A DNA stretch of 64,000 nucleotides from Candidatus Yanofskybacteria bacterium RIFCSPHIGHO2_02_FULL_43_17 (lineage in GTDB: Bacteria > Patescibacteriota > Minisyncoccia > 2-02-FULL-40-12 > GWA2-44-9), in assembly GCA_001794435.1 (NCBI GenBank), contig MGJU01000013.1:90256-154255 (forward strand), in the 5' to 3' direction. Positions 38,858-48,131 of this stretch are shown piece after piece. Every line of letters begins with the position of its first letter. Position 1 is the stretch's first letter. A program made the position numbers and the translations under genes. The notes under the pieces were generated by a model. It saw only the letters and a list, made by a program, of their open reading frames with translations, was not told where the DNA came from and searched no databases.

Positions 38858-39773
38858 CCTTTATGTAACCCTCGATGCCTTTTTCAAAAGATATTTTCGG
38901 CTGCCATTTTAATAATTTTTTTGCTTTTTTAATATCTGCAACATAACACTTGGCATCGCCTGGCCTTTGAGGAATATATTTTATCAAACAACCAAAAAAC
39001 CCGGCTACTTCGTTTATGGAAACCGTCATTCCTGTCCCAATATTAAAAACTTCGCCATTTTTGAATTTTGAATTCATGGCAATAATATTGGCATCGGCAA
39101 CATCAAAAACATGAATCATGTCCCTTCTTTGAGTGCCGTCACCAGTCACAAACACTTTGCCGTATTTCTTTTTTTGCTGGCTAAAAGCGGCCAAAACATT
39201 AGGATAAGAACCCGCCTCTGACTGCCTTTTGGTGCCATAAACAGTAAAATATCTTAGCATAATAGCTGACAATCCGTAAAGATTAGCATAGAGATTAATA
39301 TATTGCTCCTGCATAAGTTTTTGAAGTGCGTAAGGAGTACCGGGCAAGTTGAAAGGCACATCTTCTGCTATCGGCATTTTTTTCTGCAAACCATAAATAG
39401 CGCATGAAGATGAGTGTATAAATTTGTTTATCTTGTTTTTGACACAAGCTTCCAGTAAATTAAGTAGTCCATTGACATTAGCATTGTGACATTCGATGGG
39501 ATTTTCAACACTATATTGCATTCTGGGAATAGCGGCTAAATGAAAAACGTAAACCGCTCCGTTCAGGCATTTATTTAAAATTTTCGGTGCATTAGTGGCC
39601 GCCAAATTTAACTTAACAAACTTAGCTTTTCGATTAATATTGATTAATTTGCCAGTGCTTAAGTCATCAATAACCAATACTTGATAGCCAAGTTCAATAA
39701 GTTTATCGGTAACATAAGAACCGATAAATCCGGCTCCTCCGGTAACAACCACTTTTTTATTTATTTTAGACAT
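38841..39773 (-). CDS. NAD-dependent epimerase/dehydratase (tandem paralog B)
   Basis: TGGAGFIGS, FHLAAIPR, YALQK, RYFTVYG. Confidence 0.9.
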   Translation of the reverse strand: MSKINKKVVVTGGAGFIGSYVTDKLIELGYQVLVIDDLSTGKLININRKAKFVKLNLAATNAPKILNKCLNGAVYVFHLAAIPRMQYSVENPIECHNANVNGLLNLLEACVKNKINKFIHSSSCAIYGLQKKMPIAEDVPFNLPGTPYALQKLMQEQYINLYANLYGLSAIMLRYFTVYGTKRQSEAGSYPNVLAAFSQQKKKYGKVFVTGDGTQRRDMIHVFDVADANIIAMNSKFKNGEVFNIGTGMTVSINEVAGFFGCLIKYIPQRPGDAKCYVADIKKAKKLLKWQPKISFEKGIEGYIKDVDEK

Positions 39774-39785
39774 TTTGGCTTAAGC

Positions 39786-40952
39786 TTAAAATAGATAAAC
39801 CTGATCGTATATTTCACTGATGTGTTTCTGATATCGCCTAAAGTTCATCACTTTGCCGGGGTCGTCCATATATATCGTGCGGTAGAGGCCCAACAAAGAC
39901 TCGAGAAACAAGTTATAAAACCGGCTAGCTGGCGGTGTCCTGTATTTAATTTTATTTAACATGTCTTTGCTTTTTTCGCCATAAACCGTATCAAAAGAAA
40001 CCTCGCTAAGAACTGCGATCCGCTTGGCTTGCTTGTGATAAGACATAAAACATACTTCCACCAAAGAAGTGTGGGTCATCCCAACCAGAATATCATCGTC
40101 TCCAATCGGAAACCTTCGAATCGACCAAGCAATTTTTAAAGCCCTGAACAATTTGCCCGGTCTTAAAGAATAAAATGTTCTTGGAAAAATATTGATTGAA
40201 TCAAAATACGGCTTCAGATCATCCATCTTCATTACATCCCAGCGATGATGTCGACAAACAATTAAACCCATCTCTAATTGCGGGGAAATATTTTTGATAA
40301 GGTTAGACAATGTTATTATTTCCGCCAAAACCCCAGGAGTATCGGCGATAAAAAATACTTTTTTTGAACTATTTTTGAACAATTCCCGCAAGTTATTATT
40401 TAAGACTTCGTCTATATCGGTAGCAATTTTATAATCTTGAAATTCGTCGTTTAAATTAGAAATTAATGACTCTTTCGGCAACGGTGAAAAATACTCGCGA
40501 TAACCAGTCTTGGTTTCGGGCAAAAATAAAGGTTCGAACAATTCCAGAAAAATGAACGATGGAATACCCATTTTGTGAGCCGAAACGCAAGCGCCCGAAA
40601 TAGCCGAAAAAGTGTATTTAATATTGTTTATATTTTTTAATAAAAAAAACTCGCCGATATCGTCCGTGCCTACGATTTTAAAACCATCCAAATTGAGTTT
40701 TGTATACTCGTCTGTCTCCGCGGGATGAAGCTTATAGATTAATGCGCAACCCTTGCAATTTTTTCTTACATAATCAATACAGGCATTGGATAATTCTATG
40801 AATTTATCTTCCGGAATGCCGGGCGGCAAAAATTTAAAATCCGCGCCCCAAAAAATAACTCGATTGGCTCGGCTGGAATTATTCTCGCCACGCAGTAAAC
40901 CAAAAGGGATTTTCACCTTAAAAACATTGCCTTGATCGATGGACATAAACAA
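39786..40952 (-). CDS. Putative nonulosonate (sialyl)transferase-like GT-B protein, apparently circularly permuted
   Basis: VIFWG...YKLHPAE...GEFFL...TFSAISGA in the N-terminal half; paralog of 17420-18646. Confidence 0.55.
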   Translation of the reverse strand: MFMSIDQGNVFKVKIPFGLLRGENNSSRANRVIFWGADFKFLPPGIPEDKFIELSNACIDYVRKNCKGCALIYKLHPAETDEYTKLNLDGFKIVGTDDIGEFFLLKNINNIKYTFSAISGACVSAHKMGIPSFIFLELFEPLFLPETKTGYREYFSPLPKESLISNLNDEFQDYKIATDIDEVLNNNLRELFKNSSKKVFFIADTPGVLAEIITLSNLIKNISPQLEMGLIVCRHHRWDVMKMDDLKPYFDSINIFPRTFYSLRPGKLFRALKIAWSIRRFPIGDDDILVGMTHTSLVEVCFMSYHKQAKRIAVLSEVSFDTVYGEKSKDMLNKIKYRTPPASRFYNLFLESLLGLYRTIYMDDPGKVMNFRRYQKHISEIYDQVYLF

Positions 40953-40975
40953 AATTATTTAGTATTTTTAAGACG

Positions 40976-42625
40976 ATGTCAATCGCAAAAAAGGTGGTGG
41001 TGTCCGTGTTTATTATAGTTTTGTTTTCCGCCGGAATTTTTTATTTTGACAAATATTTGTCAACCGGAGCAGATGTTGCCTATTATCTAGATCTTTCGGC
41101 TATTGCCTCCAGAGGAGGAAGTTTTTTAATTGACTATATTGATTATAGGATTCCTATTTTCTCTTTGATCTTCTCGCCAATTTACAAACTGGGGCTGTTG
41201 GATTTTCAAAATAGGTATCTGATGTTTTCTCTTATTTATTCTGCTTATGGATTAGCTTTATATTTTCTTGGATTTTCAATATCTAAATCGTCTTTTAAGT
41301 CCGTGGTTGCTACATTAATTGGCCTAATGTCAATTACTTCGGTTCAATTTGATCCGGCAAGAAATATAAGTGTCCCCCTGTTTTATCATACCCTCGAACT
41401 TGCCGGGCTACTAATTGTTCTCTCTTTTTTTCTGGGCAAACTGGGCAACGCAAAAAAAATTTACCAAATTACCGCTCTTTTGGCTGTTGGCTTGCTGTCA
41501 GGATTTTCTTTTTTAGGGCGGCAAACTCAAATTTTTCTCCCCGCCCTTTTTGTCGGATATTGTATTTGGTCGGTCTATGGTTATTTAATCGGCAAAATTA
41601 TTAGAAAGAATATCCTCTTTATCTTACCTTTTGGTTTAGGATTTGGCTTATCGGCTCTGATAATATTCTGGGCTATTTACACTCCTAACATTGAATTTTT
41701 TAAACTAGCCAAGGACTGGCTTTTTAACTATCCCCGCTATGCCTACAACACAACCTTTTATACTGTCGTCAAAAAATTTATAATCACCTTATACATGGGA
41801 CTGCCTGAACTTAGGAACATCAACCTACCCTTGTTCTGGCTGGCTTATGTTGGACTTATTGCCTATGCCTCCCGCCTTTTTGTTAATTTAAAGAACTTGG
41901 AAGACCTTAAAAATTACTACCAGAAAAACAAGAAGCCCCTACTAACAGTCGCAACTATCGCTGTCATGTCTATTTTTACGGTCTTACTCACCGGCTCAGG
42001 CGCCCGTAGCCATGAATCATCTTTCTTCACTTTATATTTTGCCATCCTCGTTTTTTCCCTCTCTAAGATAGGCCGCGAAAATTTTAAAAAAACTTTAACC
42101 ATCGGTCTATTAATTTTCATATTCGTATTGCCTAATCTAATTGACTTTGGTAAAAAAGAAGTACGGCAATATTTAAGCTACAAAAATCAGTATAATCCTG
42201 ATAAATTCACCCATCAAATTGCCGAAGAAATTAAAAAGATTGCCGATAAGAACGATACCGTTTTGGTATTAGGCGGCCATCCGACTGTAAGCCGACTGGT
42301 TGAATATAAACTATTTATGGGTCTCCCCGCTGATACTATCTCTTTTTACGCCGTACCCAAGATTCTCGGAACAGAATATTTTGACAAAGTAAAAAGTGAA
42401 TTTAAAAAAATAAAAATAATTTACAAACTTCCTGATTATCCTAACTTGCGGATTCTAAGCGGAGTAAAAGAAGACAAATCAAATGAAGTTTATCAATTTG
42501 TTGAAAACAGCATAAAAACTGAATTTAAAGAGTATTCCGTCGTAATTGACCCCAGCGTTGAAGCCGGCAATTTAAATTCTTATGGCCACCCAAAAGACAG
42601 AGCAATAATTTATATGAGAAAATAG
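40976..42625 (+). CDS. Multi-TM membrane protein, GT-C-like
   Basis: DVAYY...DYIDYRIP after the first TM, ~12 TMs, soluble C-terminal tail. Confidence 0.6.
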   Translation: MSIAKKVVVSVFIIVLFSAGIFYFDKYLSTGADVAYYLDLSAIASRGGSFLIDYIDYRIPIFSLIFSPIYKLGLLDFQNRYLMFSLIYSAYGLALYFLGFSISKSSFKSVVATLIGLMSITSVQFDPARNISVPLFYHTLELAGLLIVLSFFLGKLGNAKKIYQITALLAVGLLSGFSFLGRQTQIFLPALFVGYCIWSVYGYLIGKIIRKNILFILPFGLGFGLSALIIFWAIYTPNIEFFKLAKDWLFNYPRYAYNTTFYTVVKKFIITLYMGLPELRNINLPLFWLAYVGLIAYASRLFVNLKNLEDLKNYYQKNKKPLLTVATIAVMSIFTVLLTGSGARSHESSFFTLYFAILVFSLSKIGRENFKKTLTIGLLIFIFVLPNLIDFGKKEVRQYLSYKNQYNPDKFTHQIAEEIKKIADKNDTVLVLGGHPTVSRLVEYKLFMGLPADTISFYAVPKILGTEYFDKVKSEFKKIKIIYKLPDYPNLRILSGVKEDKSNEVYQFVENSIKTEFKEYSVVIDPSVEAGNLNSYGHPKDRAIIYMRK

Positions 42626-42656
42626 AAAGTAGGACAATATTTTCTAGATTCTATTC
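42616..42656. repeat. Short heptamer-repeat inverted array
   Basis: gagaaaa tagaaag tagga ... tttc tagattc tattc. Confidence 0.6.
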
Positions 42657-42662
42657 AATTCA

Positions 42663-43394
42663 ATGAAAATTTTCATTACGGGTGTATCGTCAGGTATTGG
42701 CAAAGAATTTGTAATCCGCGCCATAAATCAAGGGCACGAGGTCTGGGGTTTGGCGCGCCGGAAAGAATTACTGGAAGAATTAAAAAAGGAGCTAGGAAAC
42801 AATTTAAAATTTTCTGTTTGCAATATTGAAGATCCAGAGGACATGCGCCAAACCGCAGCTAAAATGAGGCGAGAAAATTTCCTGCCCGATGTTGTCGTAC
42901 TGAACGCGGCCGTAAAATTAAATGATGCCGAAAAACTTATTCCTTTTGAATCAGTAAAATCATCCGTTGGTATTAATATAAACGGCTCTCTTTTCTGGGT
43001 TTCTGAATTTCTGCCGGATTTTATAAATAGGAACAGCGGAACTTTCATCGCCACTTCCTCCACCGCCGCTTTGCGTCCTGTCAAAGACAGTATTTCTTAT
43101 TCCGCGACCAAATCGGCTCTAGATATGGCTTTTCAATGTCTCCGTTTGAATTATTCCGATAAAAATATAAAATTTACAACCGTGCGGTTTGGGCCGATAG
43201 AAACAGCCATGTGGGAAGGAAGTAAAAGTTTTCTGGTCTCATCGCCAAAAAAAGCTTCGAAATTCATTTTTTCATTAGTGGATAAAAAATCAGGCATATA
43301 CTATTTTCCGTTTTTATCAACCTTAATCTTCCGATTATTATTATTTCTTCCCGATAAAACTTTTGGTATAATTACTTCTCTGATCAAAAAATGA
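42663..43394 (+). CDS. Short-chain dehydrogenase/reductase
   Basis: TGVSSGIG, LNA, YSATK. Confidence 0.88.
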   Translation: MKIFITGVSSGIGKEFVIRAINQGHEVWGLARRKELLEELKKELGNNLKFSVCNIEDPEDMRQTAAKMRRENFLPDVVVLNAAVKLNDAEKLIPFESVKSSVGININGSLFWVSEFLPDFINRNSGTFIATSSTAALRPVKDSISYSATKSALDMAFQCLRLNYSDKNIKFTTVRFGPIETAMWEGSKSFLVSSPKKASKFIFSLVDKKSGIYYFPFLSTLIFRLLLFLPDKTFGIITSLIKK

Positions 43395-44356
43395 TTGATT
43401 TTAAAAACAAAGACCTAATATCAGTTGTTATTATCTGCTACAAGGATGAGGGTAATATCGCGGAAATGCATAGGCGGCTGACAAAGGTCCTTTCGGGGAC
43501 TGATTTGGATTACGAGATTATTTTTGTAAATGACGGCAGTCCTGACAATTCTGAAATGATTCTGCGCAACATAGCCGAAAAAGACAATAAGGTTACCGTA
43601 ATACTTCAATCAAGAAATTTCGGCATCCAAAACGCTTTCACTGCCGGAATGGAGCAATCCCTCGGCGATGCGGTCGTGATTATGGACGGCGACCTGCAGG
43701 ATCCGCCGGAGTTAATTCCTGAATTTATTAAAAAATGGCGGGAAGGTTATGAAGTGGTTTGCGGCATCAGAAGAAAACGGGAAAAAAGCATGGGAGAATT
43801 AAAAAGCTGGGTTTACCATGTGTTTTATGTAATTTTTAGAAAAATCTCCTACGTAAAAGTTGTGGAAGATTCCGGAGAATTTTCTCTCATGGACCGTAAG
43901 GTAGTTGACTTGATAAATAAAATGCCTGAACGCAATCGCTTTATTCGAGGTTTGAGAGCTTGGGTCGGATTTAAACAAACCGGTATTCCCTTTGTTCGGC
44001 CGGAAAGATTCTCGGGCACATCCACTAACAGCTTGATTGCTAATACCAAATGGGCAAGAACGGCTTTCTTTTCTTTCTCTTATGCGCCAACAGAGATGGT
44101 CTCGCGAATTGCCTTTTTGGCCGTACTGACGGCATTGACAGCAATCATTGTTTATATTGCATCTTACTTTATAAAGGGCGTGCCAAGCGGTTTTACCACT
44201 ATTCTGATTGTCGTTTTGTTTTTAGGAGCAATACAGCTCCTGTCTTTGGCTGTCATGGGAGAATATTTGGCCAAAGTTTTTGAGGAAGTTAAACAAAGAC
44301 CAAAATACATCACTAGGGAAGTACTAAATAATCATCGACAAAAGAATGGAAATTAA
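43391..44356 (+). CDS. GtrB/ArnC-like polyprenyl-phosphate glycosyltransferase (GT2 + 2 TM)
   Basis: VNDGSPD, SRNFG, MDGDLQDPPELI, RFIRGL, GEYL. Confidence 0.92.
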   Translation: MIDFKNKDLISVVIICYKDEGNIAEMHRRLTKVLSGTDLDYEIIFVNDGSPDNSEMILRNIAEKDNKVTVILQSRNFGIQNAFTAGMEQSLGDAVVIMDGDLQDPPELIPEFIKKWREGYEVVCGIRRKREKSMGELKSWVYHVFYVIFRKISYVKVVEDSGEFSLMDRKVVDLINKMPERNRFIRGLRAWVGFKQTGIPFVRPERFSGTSTNSLIANTKWARTAFFSFSYAPTEMVSRIAFLAVLTALTAIIVYIASYFIKGVPSGFTTILIVVLFLGAIQLLSLAVMGEYLAKVFEEVKQRPKYITREVLNNHRQKNGN

Positions 44357-45092
44357 TATAAGCATTAAGGATGACCGAGGATATAGCCAGGGCTTTAGGC
44401 CTTCTGAAGCAATGACAATTAGAACAGAAAGAAGGTGTGATGCAATTATTTCCGAATTTAAAAACACAAAAGACGTCAAAATTCTAGAGATCGGCTGTGG
44501 GACCGGAGAAATGTCCAATCTGTTGGCCCAAAAAACAGGCCAACAGGTATTGGGAACCGACATCTGCGAACCTTTTATAGAAAGCGCGAGACAAAATTAT
44601 AAATTGCCCAATCTTAATTTAGTCGTATTGGATTTCAACAATAAACAACAAACTCAAAGCATTGTTGGCGATACCAAATTTGATTATATAGTCGGTAACG
44701 GAATCCTGCATCATTTTTTCTATCAACTTGATGAAACTTTAGGAAATATTAAAAATCTGCTCAATTCTTCCGGTAAAATAATATTTTGGGAGCCCAATAT
44801 ATTAAATCCTTATTGTCTGTTTATCTTTAAAACTCCAGTCCTAAGAAAAATGGCCTATCTGGAGCCGAACGAAATGGCTTTCAGTAAAAAATTTATAGCT
44901 AAAAAATTGACCGATCTCGGCTATCAGAATATAAAGGTATCTTACCGCGATTTTCTTCTTCCCAATACCCCGAAACATTTGATAAGGTCGGTAATAAAAA
45001 TCGGCGATATCACCGAAAAAACACCTCTTAAGTTTCTGTCTCAATCAATATTTATAGTCGCGACTAAGCAATCAAAAGTCCTAAAAATATAA
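44346..45092 (+). CDS. Class I SAM-dependent methyltransferase
   Basis: ILEIGCGTG, ILHH, EPN. Confidence 0.88.
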   Translation: MEINISIKDDRGYSQGFRPSEAMTIRTERRCDAIISEFKNTKDVKILEIGCGTGEMSNLLAQKTGQQVLGTDICEPFIESARQNYKLPNLNLVVLDFNNKQQTQSIVGDTKFDYIVGNGILHHFFYQLDETLGNIKNLLNSSGKIIFWEPNILNPYCLFIFKTPVLRKMAYLEPNEMAFSKKFIAKKLTDLGYQNIKVSYRDFLLPNTPKHLIRSVIKIGDITEKTPLKFLSQSIFIVATKQSKVLKI

Positions 45093-45130
45093 AAAACGGC
45101 TGATTATAATCAATCGTTGATTTCTAGAGA

Positions 45131-45976
45131 TTAAACGAGTTTGTGTTTGTCGAGATAATTATTAACAAAATCCACGTATCTGAGAAGGGTTTCTTCTTCC
45201 TTGCCATCTTCGCCTCTTGCCGCTTGAAGTATAAGACTGCCTTTATACTTCTTTTCCTTTAACCCCTCAAAGAGATGGTTAAAATTAGCTGAACCAGTGC
45301 CCAAAGCAACAGTACTACCGCCTTTAACTCTGTCTTTTATATGGACATTTCCTATTAAATGGCCGAAGCGGGACATCTCCTCGGAACAATCATAACCCAG
45401 ACTGGAACTATTTCCGCTGTCGTAAACTATATGAATTTTAAAACCCTCAAATTGTCCGATGAGATCTACCAAATCTCCGGCTTTGAGATCCGATTCAATA
45501 CCGATGTTAATTTTATGCTTCCTGGCCATAGACAGGCAGGATTTTACCGCCGCAACAAACTGCTTTCTTTCTAAAGAAGTTTTTAGGGATCCGTTATCTA
45601 AAATGGGGATTTCTATATTGCGAGCGCCTATTTCAGAAGAGTACTTAATAAGCTTTTTTAGAACTTTAATATTATCGGCTATAATTTTTTTATCATTCCT
45701 AAAAAATGGCCTCCTCATAAAAAAATCAGCGCAAATATGGTTCACCTTAACTCCCGATTTTCTGATCAGTTTTTTTATTTTGCGCCGGCCGGTAGCAGAC
45801 CAAAGAGGGTTTTCTTTATATCTGTCCAAGTCAAAAATAAATTCTATTTCATCGAACCCCAGCTTAGCTGCTTTTCCGAATTCATCTTCCCATTCTTCAA
45901 ATGGAAAGAACTGAATACCTCGCCCCTTTGGAGGAGTCAGTCTGCCTTGCATTATTCCAATTGAAATATTTTTCAT
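45131..45976 (-). CDS. Xylose-isomerase-like TIM barrel sugar-phosphate isomerase/epimerase
   Basis: GIMQGRL, IEFI, CADFFM, YDSGN, HIKDR, LQAAR. Confidence 0.85.
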   Translation of the reverse strand: MKNISIGIMQGRLTPPKGRGIQFFPFEEWEDEFGKAAKLGFDEIEFIFDLDRYKENPLWSATGRRKIKKLIRKSGVKVNHICADFFMRRPFFRNDKKIIADNIKVLKKLIKYSSEIGARNIEIPILDNGSLKTSLERKQFVAAVKSCLSMARKHKINIGIESDLKAGDLVDLIGQFEGFKIHIVYDSGNSSSLGYDCSEEMSRFGHLIGNVHIKDRVKGGSTVALGTGSANFNHLFEGLKEKKYKGSLILQAARGEDGKEEETLLRYVDFVNNYLDKHKLV

Positions 45977-45995
45977 TCCTGGTATTAGCTATTCT

Positions 45996-46838
45996 TTACC
46001 AAACTGTTCGTCCACCATCCATAATCAAGTTAGCACCTGTCATATACGAGGAAGCGTCTGAACATAAAAATAAGATTGCCGCTTTATATTCATCTTGCGT
46101 TGCCATTCTGCCAAGGGGAATAAGCTTAGCCAATTTCTGGACAAACTCTTCAGGAGTATTGCGATAAACTCCGCCGGGAGATATTGAATTAACTCTAATC
46201 CCCGATTCAGCCCAATAAGTCGCTAGGTATTTGGTCAAACCGATTAAGGCGTGCTTTGTAACTGAATAGGTGACCGGCTTAACCGGCTGTTGATGGGACT
46301 TAAGCCCTTCTTTTCTATAGAGTCTCTGATCCGGCGCTATTACTCCAAGATCTGATGAAATATTCAAAATGACACCCTTCCCCCTTTTTGCCATCAAGGA
46401 GCCGGCATACTTGCTCATCAAAAATGCTCCCGTAACTCCGACATCAAAATCTTTTTGCCAAACTTCAATCGGAAAATTTTCCAAGCGGGAAAAATCTTTT
46501 TGACCCTGTCCGACTTGAGGATTATTAGCAGCATTATTAATTAGAACAGATATGGGACCAATTTCTCTTTCTATTTTATTTACTGTTTTTTTGACTAAAT
46601 TTTCATTAGTAATATCTAGCTGATAGCCCCAAATTCTCCTGGGATAAGCCCTCTTAAGTTTGCTGACCGCATCCGATAGCCGTTCATCATTAACATCGAG
46701 CAGAACAACTCTGCCATTGCCGTCAAGCAGAGCTTCGGCATGTTTCAAGCCCAAAAACCCGGCTCCGCCGGTGATTAAACATACTTGTTTTTTGAGGTCA
46801 AAGTTTTGTAAAGTATTTTTTGTCACAATTGACAACAC
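45996..46838 (-). CDS. SDR oxidoreductase (PtmA-like)
   Basis: TGGAGFLG, INNAA, YSVTK, SPGGV, YMTGANLIMDGG. Confidence 0.88.
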   Translation of the reverse strand: MLSIVTKNTLQNFDLKKQVCLITGGAGFLGLKHAEALLDGNGRVVLLDVNDERLSDAVSKLKRAYPRRIWGYQLDITNENLVKKTVNKIEREIGPISVLINNAANNPQVGQGQKDFSRLENFPIEVWQKDFDVGVTGAFLMSKYAGSLMAKRGKGVILNISSDLGVIAPDQRLYRKEGLKSHQQPVKPVTYSVTKHALIGLTKYLATYWAESGIRVNSISPGGVYRNTPEEFVQKLAKLIPLGRMATQDEYKAAILFLCSDASSYMTGANLIMDGGRTVW

Positions 46839-46901
46839 CTGTTTTACTCATTAAAGTTAGGTGTCTTAAGAGATACCTGGATTATACTAAACACAATCAT
46901 T

Positions 46902-47339
46902 ATGTCAACAAGAAAATGCATTCTGATTAAATCCGAAGAGGTTTTCAAAACCCTAAAGACTAAACCCGTTAAGGGAGGGCGAATATTGGACCCCATAGGA
47001 AAATTATTTGTCTCTGGAGTTCTGCCCGGAACCATAATAGAAGATGTCCGAATATGGCGCAACGAAGCCGAACTTCACATCAATGAGGCCGATTTTTGGA
47101 TTTGTCTCCAAGGAAAAGCTAAATTTTTATATGGGGGCAAAATGGTAAAGCCCTATAGAAAAAAGATGAGTGACGGTTCTATTAACAAAGACCATCTCTT
47201 TTCCAAAAAAATTACCGGGGGAACCAAGATCATATTAAAGCCCTATGACATCTTTTTAATACCAGCCGGCCAGCCTCATCAGCACGGCTCAGACAGTATC
47301 GCCAGACTCGCAGTCATAAAAATACCTGATAAAAAATAG
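46902..47339 (+). CDS. Cupin-domain protein
   Basis: AELHINEADFW...GKAKF, IPAGQPHQH. Confidence 0.75.
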   Translation: MSTRKCILIKSEEVFKTLKTKPVKGGRILDPIGKLFVSGVLPGTIIEDVRIWRNEAELHINEADFWICLQGKAKFLYGGKMVKPYRKKMSDGSINKDHLFSKKITGGTKIILKPYDIFLIPAGQPHQHGSDSIARLAVIKIPDKK

Positions 47340-47348
47340 GGACAAAAC

Positions 47349-47370
47349 AAAAAACCAGCTATGGGCTGGT
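47349..47370 (-). terminator. Intrinsic terminator
   Basis: ACCAGC-TATGG-GCTGGT with an A tract on the left. Confidence 0.6.
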
Positions 47371-47382
47371 CTCCTCAATTGT

Positions 47383-48012
47383 TCAGACAACGAAGTCAAA
47401 TATCTCAACCAATCTTTTGCGATCCGCTTCGGGAGATTCGTCTGAAGTGTCAACTCTAAGGTACGGATAATATTCCCCGTCCGGAGGCTCAAACCTCTTT
47501 CTGCCGTGCTCGAATACCTTGATATCCAAAACATCGCTTGCCACAACAGAATGGCTACTCTGGCGCGCTTGGAGCCTTCTTCTGGTTGCTTCCAAATCGC
47601 AGTCCATCCATAATGCCCTAACATTAATCGGAGTTACGACGGCCGGGACAATTCGTAGATTCTTCAATGCCGACTCGACCTCTATTCTAATCAGGATTTC
47701 TTCTGTTTCCTGTATCATCTGCATAAAGGGTTTTTGATGGCCTTCTTTGGTTAGCATAGTCATATTTACGATGACGACATTCGCCCGGTCGACAATAAAT
47801 GCTCTCTGAACCTCCTGCCTGGTCAGCTTATTTTTGTAAATATGCTCCTCGTCTGATAATGTCAGCGCTCGATCGCCCCAATATCTGTTTCTGACTTCAT
47901 CCAGATCTATCAATACCGGATTACTGGGAGCCAATAACGCCATGATAATATTCGACCAATAACTCTTCCCAGTCGTTCCAAGGCCGCATACTAATATCAG
48001 TTTCTTCCCCAT
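47383..48012 (-). CDS. P-loop kinase (AAA_33-like)
   Basis: LILVCGLGTTGKS Walker A, DEVR, RRLQAR; start reassigned to ATG 48012. Confidence 0.75.
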   Translation of the reverse strand: MGKKLILVCGLGTTGKSYWSNIIMALLAPSNPVLIDLDEVRNRYWGDRALTLSDEEHIYKNKLTRQEVQRAFIVDRANVVIVNMTMLTKEGHQKPFMQMIQETEEILIRIEVESALKNLRIVPAVVTPINVRALWMDCDLEATRRRLQARQSSHSVVASDVLDIKVFEHGRKRFEPPDGEYYPYLRVDTSDESPEADRKRLVEIFDFVV

Positions 48013-48049
48013 ACCATCTCTCTTTTTTAAAAGAATTATTTTAGTCCAT

Positions 48050-48100
48050 AAGATACCACGGATATAGCAAGTTGACAATATGTCAATTTTTTCATATATT
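48050..48100. promoter_or_regulatory. Back-to-back sigma70 promoters sharing one -35 word
   Basis: Plus: TTGACA(48072)-17-TATATT. Minus: TTGTCA(48078)-17-TATCTT. Palindrome TTGACAATATGTCAA. Confidence 0.65.
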
Positions 48101-48131
48101 TTCTGCTCTTGATCTTTAAAAAGAGTCTGAG

